Source: an uncultured Oscillospiraceae bacterium (lineage in GTDB: Bacteria > Bacillota > Clostridia > Christensenellales > CAG-138). Taken from it: a DNA stretch of 64,000 nucleotides. The DNA lies in contig CAYUTA010000007.1 of NCBI GenBank assembly GCA_964447605.1, positions 1,284-65,283 of the forward strand, read 5' to 3'. This document shows positions 37,896-48,257 of the stretch, piece after piece. The first letter of the stretch is position 1; every line of letters begins with the position of its first letter. The translations under genes and the position numbers were made by a program. The notes below the pieces were generated by a model, which made no database searches, was not told the origin of the DNA, and saw only the letters and a list, made by a program, of their open reading frames with translations.

Positions 37896-39554
37896 ATGAA
37901 ACAACGGTTTATCACGCCGGCGGCATGCCTGATCGCGTTGATCATGCTGACCGGCTGCGTTACGGGCGCAGGCGGAGAAACCGCGCTTGCGGCCCTCACG
38001 CCGGCCCCCGCCGGGAATGCGGAGGTTTCCGAATCGCCCGAGGCCGGCATGCCCAACCCCGTCGTATCGGTCGACAGCTACGACGACCTGCTCAAGGCCG
38101 TGCCTGGCGTTATGTTGTCCGACGCGCCCAAGGCCGCCGAAAACACAACCTATTGTTATATCAGCGGCGAACCGGTCATTGCGCAGATTCAATTCACGCT
38201 CAACGGCAATGAATATACCTACCGCGCCGCGGCCGCAGGCATCGACGCGCAGGCGGATATCTCCGGCGTATACGACGACCTTTCCAAAAAAGCGGAGCTG
38301 ACCGCAGAAGGCAACGCCACAATGGGCGGCGAGTACACCCTGCGTTATGCCGCGGGCGAAACCAAGGGGCTTGCCACCTGGTATTATGCACCCACCCAGT
38401 GCCAGTATTCGCTTTACACGCCCACCGGCTGCGACGTCTCCCAGGAAATTGAAGAGGTCGTAGACGAACTGCTGCCCATCACCACAGACGCCGACGGCAA
38501 CCCGCTCGCAGGCCTGTCCAACACGCCCATCCCAGCCATTGAGGAGGGCACGATCTCCGGCGTAATCGCAGCGCTTCATCACAACGACATCGTCATCAAC
38601 ACGGACAACGGCAATACGCTGCAATTCCTGCTCACGCATATCGCCGTCGTTGACGCCAATGTCGGCGATACGGTGGAAATCGCATACAGCGGCAACATCA
38701 TCGACGCGCCCGAGGCCATCACCGTCATCGTGACCAAGCCCGCGCCCATGCAGCAGCAGATTCACGGTACGGTCGTGCAGTATTCCAAGAGCAGCGTGTT
38801 TGTGCAAACCACGACCGTCAACATCTACGGCTTCGTCATCGACGGCAACACCCGTTTTTCCGGCTTGAGCAATGCGCTCAAGGCCAACAATACCGTAACC
38901 GTCACCTACACAGGCGAGCTGGTGAACGGTCCTGTCGCCATCGAGATCGAAACCACGGCCGTTTCCCCCAAGCCGAACCCCACGGCCAAGCCCGACCCCG
39001 TCAACAAATCCCTCAAGGGCCACGTATCCAGCCTGACCAGCAAGAAGGTCACCATCAACACCGATAACGGCCATACCTACACCTTCCAGCGCGACGGTTC
39101 AACCGTTATGACCGGCAACTACTCGCTCGAGGTCGGCTGCCGGATCCGCGTGCACTATGACGGCTACGCTTCCCACGGCCCGCACGCGAAGAGGATCGAC
39201 GTGCTCGCGCCGCCCGACCCAACGCCGCCGTCCCCGGTGAAGCACACCATCTCCGGTACGGTGAGCATGCAGGCCGGCAACGGGCTCGTGGTCACGGCCG
39301 ACTCCGGAAGGGAATACTCGTTCCTGCTCCGCTCGCCGAAGATCGAGGGCGCGGGCGGCGTGGGCAGCCGGGTCAAGGTCACGTTCACGGATGACGGCTA
39401 CGGTAACTACGACGTCACGCGCATCGTGTACGATACGCCGGTCATCTATGAGGGACCGGGACCCGTGATCGACAGCCCCGAAAACGACGTCCCCATCGGC
39501 TGCGGCGCAAGCCCCGCGGAAGACGCCCCGGCGATTGGCTCCGGCTCCCTTTGA
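37896..39554 (+). CDS. Lipoprotein with four tandem OB-fold-like beta repeats
   Basis: Lipobox LTGC at residues 18-21; four repeats of 'I.G.V......V...D.G..Y.F....VG..V.V.Y' separated by Pro-rich linkers. Confidence 0.8.
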   Translation: MKQRFITPAACLIALIMLTGCVTGAGGETALAALTPAPAGNAEVSESPEAGMPNPVVSVDSYDDLLKAVPGVMLSDAPKAAENTTYCYISGEPVIAQIQFTLNGNEYTYRAAAAGIDAQADISGVYDDLSKKAELTAEGNATMGGEYTLRYAAGETKGLATWYYAPTQCQYSLYTPTGCDVSQEIEEVVDELLPITTDADGNPLAGLSNTPIPAIEEGTISGVIAALHHNDIVINTDNGNTLQFLLTHIAVVDANVGDTVEIAYSGNIIDAPEAITVIVTKPAPMQQQIHGTVVQYSKSSVFVQTTTVNIYGFVIDGNTRFSGLSNALKANNTVTVTYTGELVNGPVAIEIETTAVSPKPNPTAKPDPVNKSLKGHVSSLTSKKVTINTDNGHTYTFQRDGSTVMTGNYSLEVGCRIRVHYDGYASHGPHAKRIDVLAPPDPTPPSPVKHTISGTVSMQAGNGLVVTADSGREYSFLLRSPKIEGAGGVGSRVKVTFTDDGYGNYDVTRIVYDTPVIYEGPGPVIDSPENDVPIGCGASPAEDAPAIGSGSL

Positions 39555-39577
39555 TAATCCGACCGATTGTATGCGGG

Positions 39578-39605
39578 CAGCCCGCCGGGCAAAACCGGCG
39601 GGCTG
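39578..39605. terminator. Hairpin between convergent lipoprotein and APC permease genes
   Basis: CAGCCCGCCGG-gcaaaa-CCGGCGGGCTG. Confidence 0.6.
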
Positions 39606-39657
39606 TCAAAGCCTGAAACCCTTTTGGGCCGAGGGACCGCGGCGGCGAATTTGGCCC

Positions 39658-41142
39658 TTAGCTCCGTCCCCCGTCCTCGGGCGGCGTATTATGAATTTCC
39701 TTTTCAGACGCCTCGATGGTGTCGGTAATCGTTTCCTGAATCTCGATCCCGCCGCCGGCCACGACCGCGCCTTCATTCTCCACGATTTCGATCATACGCT
39801 TCGGTCTGGAGAACAGAATGCCGACAAGCATGATTGCCGCGAACACAATGAGATAATATGCAACCGCAATTCCATGCGCGTCGATGGCGGCAACCACCAT
39901 AAACAGCGATCCGCAGATGGCAAGCAGCGGCAGAACAAACCGCTTAAAGCCGCCCATGTCCTTTTCCTTTACCATAAACATCACAAACATCGGTACATAC
40001 ATGGCGTAGATGGTGACAATCGGCAACTCCGAAGTGTCGAAGCAGAACGGGCCGAACCACGGCGCGGTCAGGTTCGCACCATAGAAATACAGCAACCAGA
40101 ACGCCGCAAACGCAAGGCCGACGGCCGCGGCATTGGCGGGCATATTGGTTTTTGCGTCAACCTGACCGATGACCTCCGGCCTGGGACCGACGCCGCGCGC
40201 GGCAAGCGCAAAGAATCCGCGCGTACAGGCCATCATCAGCCCGTTGAGCGTGCCAAGGCAGGAAATGACGATGAATACGAACAGGATGGTACCGCCAACC
40301 TCGGAGAAGATGTTGGAAAACGCGATTTTAGCGCCGTTCTGGCCGCTCTCCATCATGGTGGCCTTATCCACGCCGCCCGCAACGCCGATGTAATACAGGA
40401 TATATGTAACGATAATCAGAGCCGCGCCGGACACCAGCGCAATGGGCAGGTTTCGCTTTGCATTTTTAAGCTCGGCATTGATGGACGTGGCGAGAATCCA
40501 TCCCTCATAGGCAAACGCCGTGGCGACAACCGCCTTGAACAGAGGCGTAAGCCCCGTCGCAGTCGCCGAGGCCGCTACGGCAAAATTTGCGGCGGTCATG
40601 CCGTTGCCCAAGCCGACAATTGTGCCGACAACTGCCATCAGCCCGATGGGAATGAGCTTGATAACCGTCGTGGATACCTGAAATTTACCCGCGACCTTGG
40701 GCGCAAGCGCGTTGATGACGTAGCTCATCACCAGAAAGAACATGGAGATTACCATGCATTCGGGACCCACAATATCAAACCCGATCAATACGCACAGATA
40801 GCGCGCCGATACCCACGCCAATACGCTGGTCAGCGTCGGACAATAAATGGTGGCCATAAACCAGCCGACATAGTAGCCGTATTTCCTGCCCACCGTCACG
40901 TCCGCGTAATCGACCACGCCGTTGACGTATTCGTACTTGGTCGCCATCACGGCAAACGCGCAGGCGCACACGGTCATGATTATGCCGCCAATGATCCACG
41001 CAAGTATGCCCAGGGGCAGGTTGCCGTCGGTAGCCTTCAAGATCGCTTCGGCCTTGAAGAATACGCCGCTGCCGATGACGACGCCGACCACCATTGCAAT
41101 TGCCGTCGGCAGACCGTATTTTTTGGTTAATTTTGTTTCCAT
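39658..41142 (-). CDS. APC family amino acid permease
   Basis: VGVVIGSGVFFK, AFAYEGW and ELKNAKRNLP; about 12 TM helices; promoter TTGACA-N17-TATAAA at 41186-41214. Confidence 0.93.
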   Translation of the reverse strand: METKLTKKYGLPTAIAMVVGVVIGSGVFFKAEAILKATDGNLPLGILAWIIGGIIMTVCACAFAVMATKYEYVNGVVDYADVTVGRKYGYYVGWFMATIYCPTLTSVLAWVSARYLCVLIGFDIVGPECMVISMFFLVMSYVINALAPKVAGKFQVSTTVIKLIPIGLMAVVGTIVGLGNGMTAANFAVAASATATGLTPLFKAVVATAFAYEGWILATSINAELKNAKRNLPIALVSGAALIIVTYILYYIGVAGGVDKATMMESGQNGAKIAFSNIFSEVGGTILFVFIVISCLGTLNGLMMACTRGFFALAARGVGPRPEVIGQVDAKTNMPANAAAVGLAFAAFWLLYFYGANLTAPWFGPFCFDTSELPIVTIYAMYVPMFVMFMVKEKDMGGFKRFVLPLLAICGSLFMVVAAIDAHGIAVAYYLIVFAAIMLVGILFSRPKRMIEIVENEGAVVAGGGIEIQETITDTIEASEKEIHNTPPEDGGRS

Positions 41143-41284
41143 GATCTGTCAGTTTCCTCCTAGATGTGATCCTATACCATCTTATTTTATAACGGATTTC
41201 TGCAAATGTGTCAATGCCCATCAAAAATTTTCTTACGCACGCCCTCCGCCGGACGCGCGCGGGAACGGACGCCCTTGTTTTTCG

Positions 41285-41313
41285 TTGACGCGCAGTTTTG
41301 AAACGTATAGAAT
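41285..41313 (+). promoter_or_regulatory. sigmaA promoter of the glycosidase operon
   Basis: TTGACG-N17-TAGAAT. Confidence 0.65.
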
Positions 41314-41351
41314 GATACTCAACAAATCTGATTTTGCGGAGGACACGCCCT

Positions 41352-42707
41352 ATGCCCTTTTCCTTAAAACCCGGCCTGCTGCTCGGCGTAGCAACCGCGC
41401 CCACGCAGATTGAGGGCGGCGACGTTGACCACAGCTGGAACGACTGGGCGCGGCGCGGACACATCAGGGACGGCTCGTCTCCAAGGCGTGCAAACGATCA
41501 CTATGCGCGCGTTATGGAGGATACGGCGCTGATGCGCTCGCTCAACGTACAGGTCTACCGGTTCGGCGTGGAATGGGCGCGCATTGAGCCGTCCTGCGGC
41601 GTGTTTGACCCCGACGCCGTCGCGCATTACCGCGCGGAGCTTGAACAGCTCAGGGCGGCGGGCATTGCGCCGCTTATCACGCTGCACCACTTTGCCAACC
41701 CCATGTGGTTCGAGCGCATGGGCGCGTTTGAAAAGGCGGGGAATATTCCCTATTTTCTGCGCTATGTCGAACACGTCGTGCGCGCGCTTGGCGATCTGGC
41801 CGGTGAATTCATCACCATCAACGAGCCCAACGTCTATGCGCTCAACGGATACTTTACGGGCGAATGGCCGCCGGGCAGGCGGTCGCTGACGCAGACGCTG
41901 CGCGTCATGTCCGTGCTGGCGGAGTGCCACTTGCAATCATATCCGCTGATTCACCGCGTGCGGCGGGAGATGGGTCTTAGCGGCACGCGCGCGGGCTTTG
42001 CCAACCATCTGTGCGTGTTTGTTCCAAAGAACCCGAAAAAGCTCCTCGACCGTCTCTGTGCGCCGCTGCTTGAGCGCCTGTTTCAAGGCGGCCTGACGGT
42101 TGCCATGACCACGGGGCAATGCCGCCGGCCCATCATGCGCCTTTCGCAGCGCGCGCCCGGCGTATACGCGGATTTTCACGGATTGAACTATTACAGCCGC
42201 CATGCGGTGTCCGGCTTTTGCCACGGGTTCCTCCCCGATTGTGCAAAAAACGACCTCGGATGGGAAATCTATCCCGACGGTATCGTACAGTGCGCCGAAA
42301 CGCTGCATGCGCTCGCGCCCCTGCCCATCTACGTCACGGAAAACGGAACCTGCGACAATACCGACGCGTTCCGCAGCCGTTATATCTATGAGCACCTTGC
42401 ACGGATTTGCGCCTCCCCGCTGCCCTTCGAACGCTATTACCACTGGTGCTTCCTCGATAATTTTGAATGGCTCGAGGGTGAGCGCGCGCGTTTTGGGCTG
42501 GTGCATGTGGATTATGAAACCCAGCGGCGCACGGTCAAGGACAGCGGGCGTTTTTATGCGGCCGTGATCGCCGGGGGCGGAGTCAGCCAATCCCTGTATC
42601 GGGCCTGTGTCGTGGGCAAGCGTTATCCCAACGAACGGGAACCCCTGTCTTTTGATAAAGATTCTGCGGGCGAAAGTCCCCAAGAGCATGCGGGTGCGCC
42701 GCAATGA
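41352..42707 (+). CDS. Glycoside hydrolase family 1 (beta-glycosidase)
   Basis: ATAPTQIEG, EWARIEP, catalytic TINEP and VTENG, and DNFEW. Confidence 0.93.
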   Translation: MPFSLKPGLLLGVATAPTQIEGGDVDHSWNDWARRGHIRDGSSPRRANDHYARVMEDTALMRSLNVQVYRFGVEWARIEPSCGVFDPDAVAHYRAELEQLRAAGIAPLITLHHFANPMWFERMGAFEKAGNIPYFLRYVEHVVRALGDLAGEFITINEPNVYALNGYFTGEWPPGRRSLTQTLRVMSVLAECHLQSYPLIHRVRREMGLSGTRAGFANHLCVFVPKNPKKLLDRLCAPLLERLFQGGLTVAMTTGQCRRPIMRLSQRAPGVYADFHGLNYYSRHAVSGFCHGFLPDCAKNDLGWEIYPDGIVQCAETLHALAPLPIYVTENGTCDNTDAFRSRYIYEHLARICASPLPFERYYHWCFLDNFEWLEGERARFGLVHVDYETQRRTVKDSGRFYAAVIAGGGVSQSLYRACVVGKRYPNEREPLSFDKDSAGESPQEHAGAPQ

Positions 42708-45079
42708 TTGCATTTGATGAGGCCGCAAAGGTTTTTCGCCTGACCACGGAGACGACAAGCTATCTGTTCCGTATCACGGAGTACGGACATCTGGAGCATA
42801 TCTATTACGGCGCGCGCATTCCGGACGGGGATGTGGAATCCCTTTTGCTCAAGCGCACCATTCAGGCCGGCAGCAGCGTGCTCTACCGGCAGGAGGACGC
42901 AACCTATTGCCTCGATACAATCCCCCTGGAATGGTCGGGCATCGGCTGCGGCGACTATCGCATGTCGCCTGCCGAGCTGAAGATGCCCGACGGAACGTTT
43001 ACGGCTGATTTTACGTATGAAGCGCACGCCGTCGCGGCGGGCGCGGTCACGATGGAAACCCTGCCGGGCGCGTGTGGCGGTAAAAAGGACTGCGCGGCGC
43101 TCATTGTCACGCTGCGCGACGCATCCAACGACGTGTCGCTGAGTCTGTATTATACGGTGTTTCCGGAAACCGATGTGATCGCCCGGCGCGTCGTGGTGGA
43201 AAACCACAACGCGGCGCCGCTCGTCATCCGCCGCATCATGAGCATGCAGCTCGATTTGCAAAACCGTAACGATACGCTCGTTACGTTCGACGGCGGCTGG
43301 ATTCATGAGGCGCGCCGCCATGACCGCAGGGTGCAATACGGCGCCTATGTGACGGGCTCGACCACGGGCGCTTCCAGCAACCGTTCCAACCCGGGTTTTC
43401 TGCTGGCCGAGGCGGGTACAACAGAGGACCTCGGCAACGTTTACGGATTCAACCTGATTTACAGCGGCAATCACTGCGGCTCGGTGGAGCGCGACGCAAA
43501 CGATTTGCTGCGCGTGCAGCTCGGCATTCACCCGCATTGCTTCGAATGGACGCTTCGTCAGGGCGAGCGGTTTGAAACGCCCGAGGCCGTCATGACATTC
43601 TCTGCACAGGGCTTCAACGGCATGAGCGCGCGGTTTCATGACTTTATCAACCGCCACGTCGTGCGCGGAGACTGGCAGGGCCGCGAGCGGCCCGTTTTGC
43701 TCAACAACTGGGAGGCGCATTTTTTTCGATTTACCCGCGGTAAGCTGCTCCGACTTGCGCGCGGGGCAAAAAAGCTCGGCGCAGAGCTGTTCGTCCTCGA
43801 CGACGGCTGGTTTGGGAAGCGAAACAACGATGCCGCCGGCCTGGGCGATTATGCCGTAAACAGAAAAAAGCTTCCGCGCGGCATAGCGCATTTTTCCGGG
43901 CAGATCCATGCTCTGGGCCTGAAGTTCGGGCTCTGGTTCGAGCCGGAGATGGTCAATCGTGACAGCGATCTTTTTCGCGCGCATCCGGAGTATGCGCTTA
44001 CGACCCCCGGTAAGCAGCCTGCGCTTGGCCGCAACCAGCTGGTGCTCGATTTATGCAACCCCGCCGTGCGCGACTATATCGTCGAACACGTCGGCCGCAT
44101 CCTCGACGAGGCGGAGATTGATTATGTCAAATGGGACATGAACCGGCATATCAGCGACGCGCGCTCGCCGCTGCTTTCCAATCAGGGCGAGTTTTATCAC
44201 CGTTACATTCTGGGTTTATACGACGTGCTCGGCCGCATCTTTCGCCCCCGGCCGCAGATCCTGCTCGAATCGTGCGCAAGCGGCGGCGATCGCTTCGACC
44301 TCGGCATGCTGTGCTTTTCTCCGCAGGTATGGAGCAGCGACAATACCGATCCCATCGAGCGGCTTTCCATCCAGCAGGGGCTGTCCTACCTGTACCCGCT
44401 CTCCGCAATGGGCGCGCATGTCTCCGCGGCGCCGCACCAGCAGACGCTACGCGACACGCCGCTTTCCACGCGGTTCAACGTCGCCGCCTTCGGCTGCCTG
44501 GGTTACGAACTGGATTTGAAGCACCTCACGCCCGTTGAAAAGCGCGAAATCCGCGATCAGATTGTATTTTACCGCGCGCACCGGCGCACGCTGCAATACG
44601 GCCGTTTCTATCGCGCCGCGACCGAAAAACAGCATCAGACCGTGTGGCAGTGCGTGGACGCAAAAAAGAGCGCCGCGGTCGCGGGCTTTTTTCAGGGACA
44701 GGCGCCCGCCGCCGCCGGCAACGACACCCTGCCGCTTAAAGGCCTGCTGCCGGAGGCACGCTACACGGTGCGTACCAGGCCGCAAAGGCTGATTCTGAAA
44801 CGGTTCGGCGGGCTCATCAGGCACATGCTGCCGATGGAGCTCAACCCGAACGGCATTTTCATGCGCATGGCCAACCGGCTGTTCGCGCTCGACGACTGCG
44901 TGGAAACATACACTGCCAGCGGCGCGCAGCTGATGCAGGGCGTAAGGCTTAACACGCCGTTTATCGGCACGGGTTACAACGCGCAGGTTCGCATGCTGGG
45001 CGATTTTGGATCGAACCTGTATCTGGTCGGCCGCACCGACTGCCGATCGGGCGCGCAGGCACAAACATTCACCGTGTGA
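42704..45079 (+). CDS. Alpha-galactosidase, GH36
   Basis: LNNWEA, FVLDDGWFG, FGLWFEPEMVN, YVKWDMNR, CASGGDRFD and WSSDNTD. Confidence 0.95.
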   Translation: MIAFDEAAKVFRLTTETTSYLFRITEYGHLEHIYYGARIPDGDVESLLLKRTIQAGSSVLYRQEDATYCLDTIPLEWSGIGCGDYRMSPAELKMPDGTFTADFTYEAHAVAAGAVTMETLPGACGGKKDCAALIVTLRDASNDVSLSLYYTVFPETDVIARRVVVENHNAAPLVIRRIMSMQLDLQNRNDTLVTFDGGWIHEARRHDRRVQYGAYVTGSTTGASSNRSNPGFLLAEAGTTEDLGNVYGFNLIYSGNHCGSVERDANDLLRVQLGIHPHCFEWTLRQGERFETPEAVMTFSAQGFNGMSARFHDFINRHVVRGDWQGRERPVLLNNWEAHFFRFTRGKLLRLARGAKKLGAELFVLDDGWFGKRNNDAAGLGDYAVNRKKLPRGIAHFSGQIHALGLKFGLWFEPEMVNRDSDLFRAHPEYALTTPGKQPALGRNQLVLDLCNPAVRDYIVEHVGRILDEAEIDYVKWDMNRHISDARSPLLSNQGEFYHRYILGLYDVLGRIFRPRPQILLESCASGGDRFDLGMLCFSPQVWSSDNTDPIERLSIQQGLSYLYPLSAMGAHVSAAPHQQTLRDTPLSTRFNVAAFGCLGYELDLKHLTPVEKREIRDQIVFYRAHRRTLQYGRFYRAATEKQHQTVWQCVDAKKSAAVAGFFQGQAPAAAGNDTLPLKGLLPEARYTVRTRPQRLILKRFGGLIRHMLPMELNPNGIFMRMANRLFALDDCVETYTASGAQLMQGVRLNTPFIGTGYNAQVRMLGDFGSNLYLVGRTDCRSGAQAQTFTV

Positions 45080-45112
45080 CGGCAAACAATTTGGGATGAG
45101 GAGGCGCCGCTT

Positions 45113-46540
45113 ATGAACCCCGTCGACAAACGAAACAAATACTGCTTCGGTCTTGGCACCATTGGGCGCGACATGTTCTACACCGTGGTGAGCATGTATC
45201 TGATGACTTACCTGACCGAGGTGCTCAATCTGCCCGACCAAACGCTGCTGATGATGACCACCATGCTGCTGATCCTGCGTATGTTCGACGCGTTCAACGA
45301 TCCGTTCATGGGCGTGATCGTCGATAACACCGCCGGGCGCTTCGGCAAGTTCAAGCCCTGGATCGCCATCGGCGCGGTGTTCGCCGGCGCGGCCATGCTG
45401 CTGATGTTCACCGACCTCGGTCTGTCCGGGCTTCCCTATGTGCTGATGATGGCGCTGTTCTATCTGGTCTGGGACATCACGTTCGGCCTCAACGACATCG
45501 CCTACTGGTCGATGCTGCCGTCGCTGACCCTCGACCAGAAGGAACGTGAAAAAATGGGGTCGTTTGCGCGTATCTGCGCCAACATCGGCCTGTTTGCCGT
45601 TGTGGTTGCGATCCTGCCCGTTACGGGCGCGCTTGGCCACGCGCTTGGCAGCGCGCAGAAAGGCTGGTTCGCGTTTGCCTGCATCGCCGCGTTTTTGATG
45701 TTGGCGTTCCAGTGCTTCACGGTATTCGGCGTGTCGGAAAAATCCGTCTCCTTTAAGCAGGAGGAAAAAACCTCCCTGCGCGAAATGGTCCGCGTGCTGT
45801 TTAAAAACGACCAGCTTTTGTATACCGCCATCGCGATGGCGCTGTTTAACATCGGCTATTTTACCACGACCAGCTTCGGCGTGTATTTCTTTAAATACGC
45901 GTACAGGGATGAGGGCATGTATTCCGTGTTTGCCGTCGTGCTGGCCGTGTCCCAGCTTGCCGCGCTGGCCGTCTTCCCCGCGCTGTCTAAAAAGTACTCG
46001 CGCAGGCAGCTTTATGCCGGGGCGACCGTGCTGGTCATCCTGGGCTACATCGTGTTTTTCTTCTCGCCGATGAATATGCTCTATATCGGGCTTGCGGGCG
46101 TGCTGCTGTTCGTCGGGCAGGCGTTTATCCAGCTGATGATGCTGATGTTTCTTGCCGATACCATTGAATACGGCCAGTGGAAGCTGGGTAAACGCAACGA
46201 ATCGATCACCTTTTCCATCCAGCCGCTGCTCAACAAGCTTGGCGGCGCGGTGGCAACGGGCATTGTGGGTTATACGCTAGTCATTTCCGGCATCAACGAG
46301 GCCACGCCGGAAACCGTGACCGATCAGGGGCTGCTGATCATGAAGATCGCCATGCTTGCGCTGCCGCTGATCTCGATCGTGGCCGGATATTGCGTCTACC
46401 GGCGCAAATACAGGATTGACGGCGCGCTTTACCAGACGATCGTTACCGAGCTGGAAGCGCGCGGCGATATTCTAGAGACGGACGAGCGGCACGGTCGCGC
46501 GGCAACGCCCCCTCCATCCGGCGATACGGACGGCCGTTAG
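45113..46540 (+). CDS. Glycoside-pentoside-hexuronide (MelB-like) cation symporter
   Basis: FDAFNDPFMGVIVDNT..RFGKFKPW, DIAYWSMLPSL and ADTIEYGQWK.GKRNE. Confidence 0.92.
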   Translation: MNPVDKRNKYCFGLGTIGRDMFYTVVSMYLMTYLTEVLNLPDQTLLMMTTMLLILRMFDAFNDPFMGVIVDNTAGRFGKFKPWIAIGAVFAGAAMLLMFTDLGLSGLPYVLMMALFYLVWDITFGLNDIAYWSMLPSLTLDQKEREKMGSFARICANIGLFAVVVAILPVTGALGHALGSAQKGWFAFACIAAFLMLAFQCFTVFGVSEKSVSFKQEEKTSLREMVRVLFKNDQLLYTAIAMALFNIGYFTTTSFGVYFFKYAYRDEGMYSVFAVVLAVSQLAALAVFPALSKKYSRRQLYAGATVLVILGYIVFFFSPMNMLYIGLAGVLLFVGQAFIQLMMLMFLADTIEYGQWKLGKRNESITFSIQPLLNKLGGAVATGIVGYTLVISGINEATPETVTDQGLLIMKIAMLALPLISIVAGYCVYRRKYRIDGALYQTIVTELEARGDILETDERHGRAATPPPSGDTDGR

Positions 46541-46664
46541 AACCATCCCCCGCCCCCCGGTATGGCGGGGATGCGCCGGCAACGCTGAAATGGGCCCAAT
46601 ATAGCCGTTTCAGGCGTGTATCCCCCTGTACGCCGAAGGCATCTATAAAGGAACGATTTCTTTC

Positions 46665-47588
46665 ATGAATTTTATGCGTGTATTAACCGTCGTTTTGCCC
46701 GTACTCGCCGTTGTCGCGCTGGGTTGCCTGTTTCGCAGCAAAAACCTGATTGCGCGCAGTGGAATCGACGCGCTCAAAACCTTTGTCGTCAATGTCACGC
46801 TTCCGGCGGTGCTGTTTGGCGCGTTCTGGCAGGCTTCCTATGGCCGCGTCAACATCGTCTGCGCCGCCGTACTGTTCGCCGTGTGCACGCTTGGGCTCGG
46901 ACTTGGGACGCTCATCCGGCGCTGGATTCCAAAAAGCGACGCGCTTCTCCCCTTCCTTTGCACCGGTTTTGAGGCCGGCATGCTGGGCTACTCGTTCTAC
47001 ATTCTGCTGTTTGGCGAAGCGGCAGTCTACCAGTTTGCCATGCTGGACGTCGGGCATACGTTTTTTGTCTTCACCATCTATGTGGGCCTGCTCAACGCCC
47101 GTTCCGGAAAGCCTGCAAAGGACACGCTCCGCTCCATCGCGACCTCTCCCGTATTGATTGCCATGCTTTTTGGCGTTTTCATGGGGGCGACCGGGTTCGG
47201 CGCGTCGCTGTCACACACGCCGGCGGGCGAATGGATCGGCGCGTTGCTCACGTTTGTTTCCGCGCCGACGGCCTGCGTGATCCTGTTCGTCATCGGCGCC
47301 CAGATGGAACTGAGCGGCGCAACGGTCCGCAGCGCGGTTCCCGGCGTTCTGGCGCGCCTGCTCGTCACGGCGTGTCTGTGCGCGCTCAGTATTTTTGCTG
47401 TCGGCCTGTTCGTTCCCATGACGCATGAACTCCGGTTCGCGCTGCTCGTCATGTTCTCGCTGCCCGCGCCGTTCATCCTGCCCATTTATGCGCGCGACGA
47501 GGCGGGACAGGCACGCCTTTCCACGACGCTTTCGCTCAACACGCTCGTGTCCATCGCCGCGTTTGCCGTCATCAGCCTGTTTGCCTGA
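46665..47588 (+). CDS. AEC (auxin efflux carrier) family transporter
   Basis: FVVNVTLPAVLF and about 10 TM helices in two repeats. Confidence 0.8.
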   Translation: MNFMRVLTVVLPVLAVVALGCLFRSKNLIARSGIDALKTFVVNVTLPAVLFGAFWQASYGRVNIVCAAVLFAVCTLGLGLGTLIRRWIPKSDALLPFLCTGFEAGMLGYSFYILLFGEAAVYQFAMLDVGHTFFVFTIYVGLLNARSGKPAKDTLRSIATSPVLIAMLFGVFMGATGFGASLSHTPAGEWIGALLTFVSAPTACVILFVIGAQMELSGATVRSAVPGVLARLLVTACLCALSIFAVGLFVPMTHELRFALLVMFSLPAPFILPIYARDEAGQARLSTTLSLNTLVSIAAFAVISLFA

Positions 47589-48011
47589 ACGCCGCAAAGC
47601 AGTCGGAATTGAGCCGGAAGTAACCGGATGCAAAAAATGCATTGTTATTGTCTATGCCTGCAAAATGGCCGCTGACCTTACCGGGTTCAAAGCTCATCCG
47701 CAGAGCCAGATACGGTTTGTCTCCATAGGGAAGGGCGCGGTGCAGCGTGTCCGGAGGAATCAGCACCGCCTCATGTGTTTTGTAGCCGATCACCCTGTCG
47801 CCAGAGCGGATGGCGCTCTCGCCTTCAATCAAAAGGCTAAGCTCCCAGAATGGACGCCGCCGCAACAGGTTGTAGGGCGCGCATCTTCTTTCATCCGAAA
47901 CAGAGTCGAGGGGCAAAGACGCGCGTTTGTCCCTCGGCGCAACGGAATACAGCCGGTCGGAGGAAAATTTCGGTTGTATGTCCTCCACTCCAGTGCGGAG
48001 AATCCGTCCAT
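47572..48011 (-). pseudogene. Truncated AraC-type regulator (cupin ligand-binding domain only)
   Basis: FWELSLLIEGE...AVLIPPDTLH cupin motif; the AGGAG RBS and ATG at 48011 are out of frame with it; no HTH before the stop, which overlaps the AEC gene. Confidence 0.6.
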
Positions 48012-48199
48012 GCGCTTCTGCTATCTCCTGAATAGATTTTTAAATCAGTACACGGCAGCCTGAACGAATCCGTTCAGAAAACATTGCTGTCCCGTCAGAC
48101 CGCCGCATGTTCGGAAACAACTCTGCTCCGGCGTCCATGGCATTCTGAACGCTGAAGCAACATTCATGCGTACTTGGCCAATCTTGCGCAAGAATACGG

Positions 48200-48228
48200 T
48201 TGACAAAAGGCGGCGTTGCGGCTAAAAT
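48200..48228 (+). promoter_or_regulatory. sigmaA promoter of yceD-rpmF
   Basis: TTGACA-N17-TAAAAT. Confidence 0.75.
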
Positions 48229-48257
48229 GATGGATGGTTGATTTTCGGGAGAAGCGT

